NCBI GenBank assembly: GCA_043768865.1
Contig: JAYVJZ010000065.1
Coordinates: forward strand, 1 to 35,025
DNA length: 35,025 bases
Reading direction: 5' to 3'
From: Sphingobacteriales bacterium
GTDB lineage: Bacteria; Bacteroidota; Bacteroidia; Chitinophagales; JAYVJZ01
In this document: piece after piece, positions 26,586 to 35,025 of the stretch
Position numbering within the stretch: the stretch's first letter is position 1
Layout of the letters: each line of letters starts with the position of its first letter
Made by a program: the position numbers and the translations under genes
Notes under the pieces: generated by a model
The model's database searches: none
What the model saw: only the letters and a program-made list of their open reading frames with translations
What the model was told of the DNA's origin: nothing

Positions 26586-29000
26586 ATGCTTGATAAACGT
26601 AAATATTTGTTGTGGTATTTTTGTTTAGTATTTTGTTTGCTTTTTTTATTTTATACTTACAATCTGTACGATAGAGAATTAATAAATTATTCCTTTGTCT
26701 GTGCAAGTACTGCTGTGGCTAGTTTTTTGTTGATGTTATTACAAAAAAAGTTTTTTTATTTTTCAAAATTTGCATTTATACTACTTTGCATTTTTACAAT
26801 TTTTTTGTTTGATGACGGCGTATATGGCAAAGGAGCAACCTACTTGTATTACTCCCCTTTGGTCATCACGATTATGCTCATATACAGCAAGAAAGAACGC
26901 TTCACACAAGTATTATTTTTTACGCTTATATTTTTTACTATATTATGTGTTCATTTTTTAGATATTGGTCCATCTTTTAACAAGTACATAGAATATACAA
27001 ATCATATAGATATTTTAATATCATCGATACTCACCGTATTTTTATTGACTTTTACGTTTCGATCTTCTAACATATTTGAAGAACAATTAATAGAGTCATA
27101 TAGCAAGTTAGAGTCATTGATAAATAGTACAGATGATGTAATATGGTCTGTAAATAAAAATTATTTTATAATTAACAAAAATAAAGTCTTCGATACGCTG
27201 CATCTGAACCTTGGTGTAGCGACTATTAACGAAAATGAAAGTGCATTTAAGAATCTTGTAAATGAAAAATCTGTCATTATTTGGAGAAATTTGTATCATA
27301 CTGCATTGCAAGGAGAGGCTATTAAAAAAATTATAACTCACAAGGTCAATGATCAGTTTCAATACATTGAATATTCCTTTTATCCTATCAAAGTAAAAGA
27401 TGATATTGTGGGGTGTACGGTGGTTGGCAGGGATATTTCATTAATAAAAAGAAAGGAAGATGAAATAAATAAAATAAAATCTTTTTATGAAATGATTTTT
27501 GAAAAAATGCATATTTCAGTTAGTGTTTATGACAAAAATTTAAAGTACGTATATACCAATCCTGCTTCTATAAAAGACAATACTATGCGCCAATTAGCTA
27601 TTGGGTTGAACGACATAGAATTTGCAAATCTTACCAATGTAAGGCAAGACAATGCGAAAGTCAGGTTTGATATAATGATAGAGCAGAAAAAATCAAAAGA
27701 TTATTTTGAATATATTGAACAAATAGGGACATTGACAGGTGGAGAGATGCAAATATTACGACAGTTTTTGCCAATAATAAAAGACGGAAAACTTGAATAT
27801 ATTATTACTTTCGGCACGGATATTTCGAAGTTGAAAATGATGGAATATGAAATAAGCCTTGCTAATGAAGCCAAAGAAAAAGCGTTAAAAATCAAGCAAC
27901 AGTTTCTTTCTATTATGAGCCACGAAATCAGAACCCCCCTCAATGCGGTTATTTCGTTGTCAGAATTTATTGTACAAGATAATAACAGCCCTGATGTGAA
28001 TGATAAAATTGGGATGTTAAAACTTGCAACAGATCAAATACAGAAGTTGGTAACAGATGTGTTGGATTATAGTAAAATTGAAGCAGGTAAGATAGATTTA
28101 GAAAACGAGCGATTCGATTTGCATTTGTTGTTAAAACTCGAGTACGAGGCATTTAAAGACACCGTAAAAGAAAAAAGTATCGACCTAATTATCGATGTGG
28201 AAGAAGCAATACCACAATTCTTATTAGGTGATCAATACCGTCTGCAGCAGATATTGAATAATCTTATCTCAAATGCAATTAAATTCACGTCGGAGGGAGA
28301 AGTAACGTTGCAACTGAAATGTGAAAGCAAAGACGAAGACTTTTGTAGCATTAGTTTTGCAATTACAGACACCGGTATAGGTATCGCAAGCAGCAAAATA
28401 AAATCTATATTCGAGGTGTTTACACAAGCAGAATCTAGCACCACTCGCAAGTATGGAGGCAGCGGATTGGGTCTCTCAATTGTAAAAAAATTACTCGAAT
28501 TGTTAGGCTCCGAAATAGTGGTAGAAAGCAAAGAAGGCAGAGGTACAAGATTCGCTTTTACAATTTTATACAGGTTGAGTGATGAGATAGAACAAGCAAA
28601 AGACACCACTGAAATCATACACAACCTAAAAGGAAAAAAAGCATTGGTAGCCGACGACAATCCAATTAATTTGTTTATTGTAAAAAAACAATTGTCGGAC
28701 GTTGGTATTGAAGTAGATTTTGCTGAAAACGGTCAAGTGGCAGTTGATAAAGTGATTTTGAATAATTATGATTTTATTTTAATGGATATCTCAATGCCAG
28801 TATTAGATGGCTATGACGCCACTCGCAAAATCAAAAATCTACCTAACTCTAAGAAATCAACGATACCAATTATAGGATTTACGGCAGATGTGTTACCCGA
28901 AAATCAAATAAAAATGTTTGAAGCAGGGATAAACGATTTTATTCTAAAACCCATAAAACAAGATAAATTATTAGCCATTATATGTAGGTTGGTTAAGTAA
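26586..29000 (+). CDS. Hybrid sensor histidine kinase / response regulator (multi-TM N-terminus, PAS-like region, HisKA, HATPase_c, receiver)
   Basis: The H-box is FLSIMSHEIRTPLNAV, the N-box is NLISNAIKFT and the G-boxes are DTGIGI and GGSGLGLSIVK. The receiver is ALVADDNPIN...ILMDISMPVLDG. Confidence 0.85.
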   Translation: MLDKRKYLLWYFCLVFCLLFLFYTYNLYDRELINYSFVCASTAVASFLLMLLQKKFFYFSKFAFILLCIFTIFLFDDGVYGKGATYLYYSPLVITIMLIYSKKERFTQVLFFTLIFFTILCVHFLDIGPSFNKYIEYTNHIDILISSILTVFLLTFTFRSSNIFEEQLIESYSKLESLINSTDDVIWSVNKNYFIINKNKVFDTLHLNLGVATINENESAFKNLVNEKSVIIWRNLYHTALQGEAIKKIITHKVNDQFQYIEYSFYPIKVKDDIVGCTVVGRDISLIKRKEDEINKIKSFYEMIFEKMHISVSVYDKNLKYVYTNPASIKDNTMRQLAIGLNDIEFANLTNVRQDNAKVRFDIMIEQKKSKDYFEYIEQIGTLTGGEMQILRQFLPIIKDGKLEYIITFGTDISKLKMMEYEISLANEAKEKALKIKQQFLSIMSHEIRTPLNAVISLSEFIVQDNNSPDVNDKIGMLKLATDQIQKLVTDVLDYSKIEAGKIDLENERFDLHLLLKLEYEAFKDTVKEKSIDLIIDVEEAIPQFLLGDQYRLQQILNNLISNAIKFTSEGEVTLQLKCESKDEDFCSISFAITDTGIGIASSKIKSIFEVFTQAESSTTRKYGGSGLGLSIVKKLLELLGSEIVVESKEGRGTRFAFTILYRLSDEIEQAKDTTEIIHNLKGKKALVADDNPINLFIVKKQLSDVGIEVDFAENGQVAVDKVILNNYDFILMDISMPVLDGYDATRKIKNLPNSKKSTIPIIGFTADVLPENQIKMFEAGINDFILKPIKQDKLLAIICRLVK

Positions 29001-30173
29001 TTTCACATCATTGAATGGTAGCCTCAACGCACTTTCGGCATCTAAAAATTCGGTAACTATATCAACAAATAAATCAATCTGCTCAACGGTATTAAAAGTG
29101 TGAAGGCATATTCTTACCCGTTCAAACCCTCTTGGCACGGTAGGAAATATAATTGGTCTTGCATCAAATCCGTGCATTTGCAATTTCAAACCCAATTGAC
29201 GGCATTGCAATTCACCTTTTATAACTATTGGTAGCACAGGGCCGAGGATGTTATCAGGATATTGAAAACCTATAGCTTTCATTTTGGAAATGAAATATGC
29301 ACACAATTTAAAAAGGTTATTTTTCAATTCAGGTGAAGTAAATATTTTGTGAAAAGCAAATAAATTAAACAAAATCGAATGCAATGGCGACCCTGCAGAG
29401 TAAGTAAAAGTTGAGGAATAATTGATCAAAAAGCTTTTTAAATATTTACTTCCCAATATAAAACCTCCTGTACCACCTACGGCTTTGCTACATGAGTAGG
29501 TTCTTGCAAAAAAGTAATCACTTAATTTTTCCTTTGCTACCATACCCTCACCATTGTCACCCCATATTCCGGTTGTGTGCGCTTCATCAATAATTTGATA
29601 AGCACCATATTGTATTGCCAAAGCGGTTATTTCGTGTATCGGTGGAATGTCTCCATCCATAGAATACAATGATTCATAAACTAAATATACGAGTCCTTTA
29701 CTTTCTTTTAGTTTGGCCTCTAAATCCTCAAGATCATTATGTTTGAACAAAATCATTTTGCAGCCAGCTAGTTTCATTCCCATAATCAAAGAATTATGAC
29801 AATATTCATCGTAAATATACGTGTCGTTTTTTCTTGCTATACATGATAGCATTCCAATATTGGCATCGTACCCTGAGTTAAAAAATAGAGCAGATTCTGA
29901 GTTGTGATAAAAAGCTAACATCAATTCCAAACGCTCTACATCTTTGTTGTTACCTGATAATAATCTGCTACCCGTTGCTCCGAAATTATAATTAGGATGT
30001 TCGCTAAAATAATCAGAAACAATTTTTTTCAACTCAGGATCTCGTGATAATCCTAGATAATCACCTGAATTGAAATCTATCTTAAAATCAACCTGATTGA
30101 GGGTTCGGAGGATATTGTGATTGATACGTAGCTTTAATTTTTCTATTAAATGAGGTGGTACTTTAGAGAACAT
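28971..30173 (-). CDS. PLP-dependent alpha-oxoamine synthase family enzyme (BioF/Kbl/Spt-like)
   Basis: DYLGLS, DEAHTTG and the SCSKAVGGTGGF PLP-lysine region are present. The protein is 400 aa. Its 3' end overlaps the convergent kinase gene by 30 nt. Confidence 0.8.
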   Translation of the reverse strand: MFSKVPPHLIEKLKLRINHNILRTLNQVDFKIDFNSGDYLGLSRDPELKKIVSDYFSEHPNYNFGATGSRLLSGNNKDVERLELMLAFYHNSESALFFNSGYDANIGMLSCIARKNDTYIYDEYCHNSLIMGMKLAGCKMILFKHNDLEDLEAKLKESKGLVYLVYESLYSMDGDIPPIHEITALAIQYGAYQIIDEAHTTGIWGDNGEGMVAKEKLSDYFFARTYSCSKAVGGTGGFILGSKYLKSFLINYSSTFTYSAGSPLHSILFNLFAFHKIFTSPELKNNLFKLCAYFISKMKAIGFQYPDNILGPVLPIVIKGELQCRQLGLKLQMHGFDARPIIFPTVPRGFERVRICLHTFNTVEQIDLFVDIVTEFLDAESALRLPFNDVKLLNQPTYNG

Positions 30174-30253
30174 ATATATAAATTTGAAGCTAAAAGTATA
30201 TCAACTCGTGTAAATAACAAATTTTTTAACGCTAAATAATAATTTTGTGAAAA

Positions 30254-31426
30254 TTACTTTTTTTTAGTCGCTATCACTGCTTTTAATCTTTCAATTTCTT
30301 TTTTGTACAAAGCATTGTTTGGCATAATATTTAATTTTTTCTCATAGACTAGAAGTAGCTCTTTGTCGCGTTTTTGAGCATCATACAACCTAACCAACTT
30401 TTCAAAACACACCTGATTTTCGGGCACTATTTTTAGTAGCTCAGCCCATACCATAGTGGCATTGAGCGTATCTTTTGCTAACATAAATGCTGTGCCGGCT
30501 TTGTCGTAAATACGCTGACCTAATGTGTCGTTGCTCGTTATCGTCAAGTACGTAGCAGCAGCTTTTTTATAGTCTTTTTGTAGCATGTATGCATCGGCTA
30601 TTTTCATACCTGCATAAGCGTCGTTGTTGTCCAAATCATACGCTCGTCTGAATTTTTTATTCGCTTCTACTGTGTCATTTTGCAGCTCAAACAGCTTGCC
30701 ATATTGGCTAAATATTTTTGCCTCCAAAGGGAAATATCGCAATGTATTATCTAATACTTCTTTTGCCGCAGCATAATTTTTTTGTAAAATATGTATCGAA
30801 ACAATGTCAATATAAGCGGATGCTTCTTGTTGACTCATTCTTATTAAACTAGTATAAAATAGTAGGGATTTAGTATAATTTTTTTGTTTATAGTAGCATG
30901 TAGCTAAATATTTAGTAGCTTTTTCATTCATCAAATCTTGCTCTTTAATTTTTGTAAAATAATAAATCGCAGAATCTATATTATTGATATTGAAGTGACA
31001 GATACCACAACCCATCAATGCACTTATTTCATTTGGTTTTTGTTGTACGATTCTTCGATAATTAAACAATGCATTTGTATAATTTTTTTGATTAAACTCA
31101 TAGTTTGCTATCTTAGTAATATTTTCAATGCTATTTACATTGTTTTTAAAGGCTTCTTTTAGCGTAGCTTTTGCAATTTCACCTTCGTTTAATTTCTCCA
31201 ACGCCTTTCTCAAACCGTCTATTGCAGCTTGATATTCTGGCATAATATCTATTGCTTTTTTGAAATTAAACACAGCAGGTTTGTAACTCTCTTGCTCTAA
31301 AAACTGATACCCTAACGTATAAAAAAAAAGTGCATCTTCGTCAACAACGGACGGTATGCTATCTTGGGCACAACCCACTGAGCAGCGAAGCAATACTAAA
31401 CTTAAAGTTAATAATAGCGTCTTCAA
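30254..31426 (-). CDS. Secreted or lipoprotein TPR-repeat protein
   Basis: It starts with TTG and has a signal peptide with Cys (LLRCSVGCAQ). Repeated A..Y...A/L 34-aa-like TPR units occur throughout. Confidence 0.7.
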   Translation of the reverse strand: MKTLLLTLSLVLLRCSVGCAQDSIPSVVDEDALFFYTLGYQFLEQESYKPAVFNFKKAIDIMPEYQAAIDGLRKALEKLNEGEIAKATLKEAFKNNVNSIENITKIANYEFNQKNYTNALFNYRRIVQQKPNEISALMGCGICHFNINNIDSAIYYFTKIKEQDLMNEKATKYLATCYYKQKNYTKSLLFYTSLIRMSQQEASAYIDIVSIHILQKNYAAAKEVLDNTLRYFPLEAKIFSQYGKLFELQNDTVEANKKFRRAYDLDNNDAYAGMKIADAYMLQKDYKKAAATYLTITSNDTLGQRIYDKAGTAFMLAKDTLNATMVWAELLKIVPENQVCFEKLVRLYDAQKRDKELLLVYEKKLNIMPNNALYKKEIERLKAVIATKKK

Positions 31427-31522
31427 TAGGGTTAAATTTTTAGTAAAAAATAAACAAAAACAATAAACAGATAAACAGCAGTTTTACTTGTTATTTGTGT
31501 ACTTTTATTTTATAAAATACGG

Positions 31523-32488
31523 TTATTTGTTTCCCGATTTACCTATGCCGGCTCTCATTTCTGTGTCCGCTTGTATGTTTTGCATTTTGTAATAATCCAT
31601 TACTCCAAAATGCCCACTTTTGAATGCTTCTGATATCGCTAACGGAATTTGTGCTTCTGCTTCTATAACCTTAGCACGCGCTTCTTGTGCCTTTGCTTTC
31701 ATCTCTTGTTCTTCTGCTACAGCCATTGCCCTGCGCTCTTCTGCCTTCGCTTGAGCTATATTTTTGTCGGCTTCTGCTTGGTCCATTTGTAGCTGCGCCC
31801 CTATGTTTTTTCCAACATCTACATCTGCTATATCTATTGATAATATTTCAAAAGCAGTTCCATTATCTAACCCTTTTGATAATACCAACTTAGAAATAGT
31901 ATCGGGCTTTTCGAGTACCTCCTTATGGCTTGAAGCCAAACCAATAGCTGATACTATTCCCTCACCAACCCTTGCCAGTATTGTTTCTTGTCCTGCACCA
32001 CCGACTAGTTGTCGTATATTAGCTCGCACTGTTACTCTCGCTTTTACAAACAACTGTATCCCATCTTTAGCCACTGCTGATACACTGGGTGTGTCAATAA
32101 CCTTTGGATTAACAGTCAATTGAACGGCTTCAAATACATCGCGTCCTGCAAGATCTATTGCAGTTGCGGCTTTGAAATCTAACGGAATATTCGCTTTGTC
32201 AGCTGATATCAATGCATTGACAACAGAATTTATTCTGCCGCCTGCAAGAAAATGAGCCTCCAATTGGTCGCGGCTAACTACCAATCCTGCTTTTGTGGTT
32301 ATAATCATTGCATTAACTATAGTATTAGGTGGTACATTACGCCAACGCATTAATATTAATTGCAACAACGAAACTCTTACTCCTGATAGCTGTGATGAAA
32401 TCCACAACCCAATTGGTACGTAATAAAAAAACACCATCAAAAAGATGACTGATGTTAGAAATATTCCAACAATTATCGGTAAACTCAT
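31523..32488 (-). CDS. floA: Flotillin-like protein FloA (SPFH domain, UPF0365/YqfA family)
   Basis: It has an N-terminal TM segment. [24 protein letters not shown] and a C-terminal Ala/Glu-rich coiled coil ([25 protein letters not shown]) are present. Confidence 0.85.
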   Translation of the reverse strand: MSLPIIVGIFLTSVIFLMVFFYYVPIGLWISSQLSGVRVSLLQLILMRWRNVPPNTIVNAMIITTKAGLVVSRDQLEAHFLAGGRINSVVNALISADKANIPLDFKAATAIDLAGRDVFEAVQLTVNPKVIDTPSVSAVAKDGIQLFVKARVTVRANIRQLVGGAGQETILARVGEGIVSAIGLASSHKEVLEKPDTISKLVLSKGLDNGTAFEILSIDIADVDVGKNIGAQLQMDQAEADKNIAQAKAEERRAMAVAEEQEMKAKAQEARAKVIEAEAQIPLAISEAFKSGHFGVMDYYKMQNIQADTEMRAGIGKSGNK

Positions 32489-32503
32489 GGTTTATTTTTT
32501 AAA

Positions 32504-32971
32504 TTAAGTTATTGATTTTACAATTATTTTGTCCTCTTTTATATGTATCACTCTTACGGCAACTCCAGATTCGATAAATTCATTTTGACTGAATACTTCT
32601 ATACGATCCATGCCAAAATCAACCTTGCCATTAGGTCGCAAAGGAGTACTAGTTAGACCTACATCACCTATTGTAATCGCTGTTTTTTCTGTAATAGAAG
32701 GGAGTTTGCCATCGCTGTTTTTCTGAACACTATATTTACCTGACACCACCTGCTTAACGCCTATAATCACAATAACGGCATCAGCCAATATGCAAAAAAG
32801 TAAGGCATAGAGGCCTGCATCAGCATCTAAAAGATAAGCACTGTACACCCCATACGCTTGCATAGCCAATGCCATCAATCCAACTATACCAAACCCGGGT
32901 AATATAAATATCTCCAGCAAAAACAATGCTATGCCGAGTATCAAAAACAATACGGTTAAATACCAATTCAT
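32504..32971 (-). CDS. nfeD: NfeD-family membrane protein (short form), upstream partner of floA
   Basis: Hydrophobic helices are followed by a C-terminal OB-like domain (GDVGLTSTPLRPNGKVDFG...VRVIHIKEDKIIVK). It lies 15 nt upstream of floA. Confidence 0.7.
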   Translation of the reverse strand: MNWYLTVLFLILGIALFLLEIFILPGFGIVGLMALAMQAYGVYSAYLLDADAGLYALLFCILADAVIVIIGVKQVVSGKYSVQKNSDGKLPSITEKTAITIGDVGLTSTPLRPNGKVDFGMDRIEVFSQNEFIESGVAVRVIHIKEDKIIVKSIT

Positions 32972-33039
32972 ACCACAAAAATAATCCTTTTAATGCACTA
33001 TTATTTTTTATTTTAAATTATTATTATTAATTTTAATTT

Positions 33040-35025
33040 ATGTTCCAAGACTATGAAAAGTTTATCAGTAAACAGCCTATTTTAAAAGTACTCATCGCTT
33101 GGGTGCTTGGTTTATTAATATCGAATCATTGTTTTGATATTGGCTTTAGGTTTTCTTTATTTTATTGTGTTTTACTCTTGCTTATCTTAGTTTTTATTGG
33201 AATAATTATATACATAATTCCTATTAAACAATATTACAAGTTGTTGCTATTATTGATTTTGACAGCTTGTGCAGGTTTTTTGAAACATACAATTAGTTCG
33301 CCAAGCAATGATCCACTTTTTTTTGGTAATCACTTAACAAACACAACGTTTTTAGTAGCCAAAGTAGAATCACAACCTATAGTTATAGGGACTATGCAGA
33401 GAACTAAAGCTAGTGTTTTGATGGATAATTTTGGCAATAAACGCAATGGCAAACTAAATATTACATTCAAAACAAAGGATAGTATTCGGTATGGAGACAT
33501 TGTATTAATTCAAAATAACAGTATCAATGAAATAAAACCACCCTTAAATCCACATGAATTTGATTATAAAAAGTATGCTAAAAATCAAGGCTTTTATCAT
33601 AGTGCTTTTGTTGAAGATACGTCATTTATAGTACTTGATAATCAACCCAATTGGGTATATAAAAATGCAATAACTACTTCTAATTATTGCCATCAAGTTT
33701 TTAGAAAATATGTGCAGGATTCAGTCTCAGTAGCACTTTTGATGGGTATAGTTTTGGGTAATGATGATGCAATAGACATGGAAGTCAGAGATTTATATTC
33801 TTCAACAGGTGCTACACACATACTATCAGTTTCAGGGTTACATATTGGCTTGTTTGTCGTATTATTAAATTTTTTTTTATCATTATTTGGAAAATCTCGC
33901 TTTGCAAAACTCTTTCGTTTTATATTCATCGCTTGTGTATTATCTTTTTATGCAATCATCACAGGGGGCAGCCCGTGTGTGCTTAGAGCAGTGCTAATGG
34001 CCTTATTAATTATCGTTGGACGATTGTATTTCAATCATGTTTTCATGTTAAATATTATATTCTCATCGGCCTTGTTTTTATTAATATTTCAGCCTGGAGC
34101 GCTTTATGATGTTGGGTTTCAGCTATCTTATGCTGCGGTATTAGGGTTATTGTTTTTTCAACCATTTTTTCAAAAATTAGTTTACATACCTCATCGTTTT
34201 TTTCGCCTTCTTTACGAAACTTTTAGTGTATCATTATCTGCTATGTTGGCCACTCTGCCTATCATAATTTATTATTTCAACACGGTTAGTGTCTTGAGTT
34301 TACTCAGTAATTTCATAGTGGTTCCATTGTCCACAGCGGTATTATACGCAGGGTTTTTTTTGTTAGCTTTTTCAAAAATTACATTTTTAAATATTGCTTT
34401 AGGTTGGTTGCTCAACATGCTAATTTTAATTATGAATTATAGCCTAGAAGCTCTGCTGTTGCTAGATTTCATTAATTTTACAAACACCACATTTACGTTG
34501 TTGGAAGTTCTTTTTTGTTTCTTTTTCATGTTTTCTCTATTACTCTTTTTATTTTATAAAAATATTAATTTTTTAATTATTGGGCTGTGTAGTTTGCTTA
34601 TCATAATGGTAGAAGAAACAGTAGAAACTATACATGCAGCGCAATACAACAAGCTCGTTGTCTATGCAACTAGCAAGGGCACTGCGTTGGATTTATATTA
34701 TCAAAACAAACTATACTCATTTGCTAATCACATTTCCACTAAAGAATTTCGAAATAAAATTCTACCCAATCAGAAATATTTGAAGTTTAAAGAGCATATA
34801 CAACTAAACAATTTAGATTCAATCAAGAGTATTTTTTTATATTATAAATCACCTTTTTTAGCATTTGATTCACACCTTTTTTCTTTGATGTGCTGCTCCG
34901 AATTAGTCGATTATTCAGTGGTAGAAAGCCGTTACAAAAATAATTGTAGCAATGCGATTATCATCAAAGGCAAGCCTAAAGATGAAATCGACACACGTTG
35001 GTATTGTAAACAAAAGGGTGCTTTT
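33040..35025 (+). CDS. comEC: ComEC/Rec2 family DNA internalisation channel protein, 3'-truncated by the window edge
   Basis: I translated this myself. ATG at 33040 is open for 662 codons to the window end, and it is absent from the ORF track only because it has no stop. The competence-domain motifs GATHILSVSGLHIG, ITGGSPCVLRAVLMA and GFQLSYAAVLGLL are present. Confidence 0.85.
   Translation, partial: MFQDYEKFISKQPILKVLIAWVLGLLISNHCFDIGFRFSLFYCVLLLLILVFIGIIIYIIPIKQYYKLLLLLILTACAGFLKHTISSPSNDPLFFGNHLTNTTFLVAKVESQPIVIGTMQRTKASVLMDNFGNKRNGKLNITFKTKDSIRYGDIVLIQNNSINEIKPPLNPHEFDYKKYAKNQGFYHSAFVEDTSFIVLDNQPNWVYKNAITTSNYCHQVFRKYVQDSVSVALLMGIVLGNDDAIDMEVRDLYSSTGATHILSVSGLHIGLFVVLLNFFLSLFGKSRFAKLFRFIFIACVLSFYAIITGGSPCVLRAVLMALLIIVGRLYFNHVFMLNIIFSSALFLLIFQPGALYDVGFQLSYAAVLGLLFFQPFFQKLVYIPHRFFRLLYETFSVSLSAMLATLPIIIYYFNTVSVLSLLSNFIVVPLSTAVLYAGFFLLAFSKITFLNIALGWLLNMLILIMNYSLEALLLLDFINFTNTTFTLLEVLFCFFFMFSLLLFLFYKNINFLIIGLCSLLIIMVEETVETIHAAQYNKLVVYATSKGTALDLYYQNKLYSFANHISTKEFRNKILPNQKYLKFKEHIQLNNLDSIKSIFLYYKSPFLAFDSHLFSLMCCSELVDYSVVESRYKNNCSNAIIIKGKPKDEIDTRWYCKQKGAF

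Noticed and set aside
33693-33929. A 78-aa minus-strand ORF
   Set aside because: It lies entirely inside the long open ComEC frame (33040 to the window end), which has clear family motifs. It is an antisense artefact.
1-35025. CRISPR arrays, tRNA/rRNA genes, transposases, integrases, phage genes, toxin-antitoxin pairs or known defence genes
   Set aside because: I scanned the intergenic regions and the ORF translations. I found no regularly spaced direct repeats, no tRNA-like T-arm (GGTTCGAATCC-type) contexts, and no DDE, tyrosine or serine recombinase, nuclease/helicase or reverse-transcriptase signatures.

Overview
This looks like an AT-rich chromosomal segment of Bacteroidota type. The supporting signs are a fused LpxC/FabZ gene followed by lpxA, a T9SS C-terminal sorting domain, a TonB-dependent receptor, TAnnTTTG-like -7 boxes and frequent TTG/GTG starts. 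Almost all of it is tightly packed housekeeping coding sequence. I call about 30 CDS: rdgB, folB, an RRM protein, thiL, holA, the lpx genes, a WbpD/WlbB-like acetyltransferase, nspC, a TonB receptor, a sigma-54 response regulator, ruvC, an HldE-like kinase, an AspC-type aminotransferase, a B12-binding domain protein, an Mqn-type radical SAM enzyme, a hybrid histidine kinase, a BioF-family enzyme, a TPR protein, floA-nfeD and comEC. Both window edges cut genes. The first ORF is open to position 1. A ComEC ORF runs from 33040 to the window end and is missing from the ORF track only because it has no stop. I saw no rRNA, tRNA, CRISPR array, transposase, integrase or recognisable defence cassette. 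I cannot point to a clear novel protein-encoded system. Four things are not explained by ordinary annotation. (1) A 1,061-nt gene-free stretch (17356-18416) carries a GC-rich array of four perfect or near-perfect hairpins, followed by two degenerate tandem units that each end in a T8 run. (2) A second GC-rich island in the lpxC/wbpD-like divergent spacer shares colinear motifs with the first, including an exact 10-mer, in the opposite orientation. (3) A zinc-ribbon class I methyltransferase is split by a single in-frame TAG. (4) A T9SS-sorted surface protein carries an amicyanin-type blue-copper site. All RNA calls are structure- and pattern-based hypotheses that need Rfam/Infernal searches, covariation analysis or transcript data.
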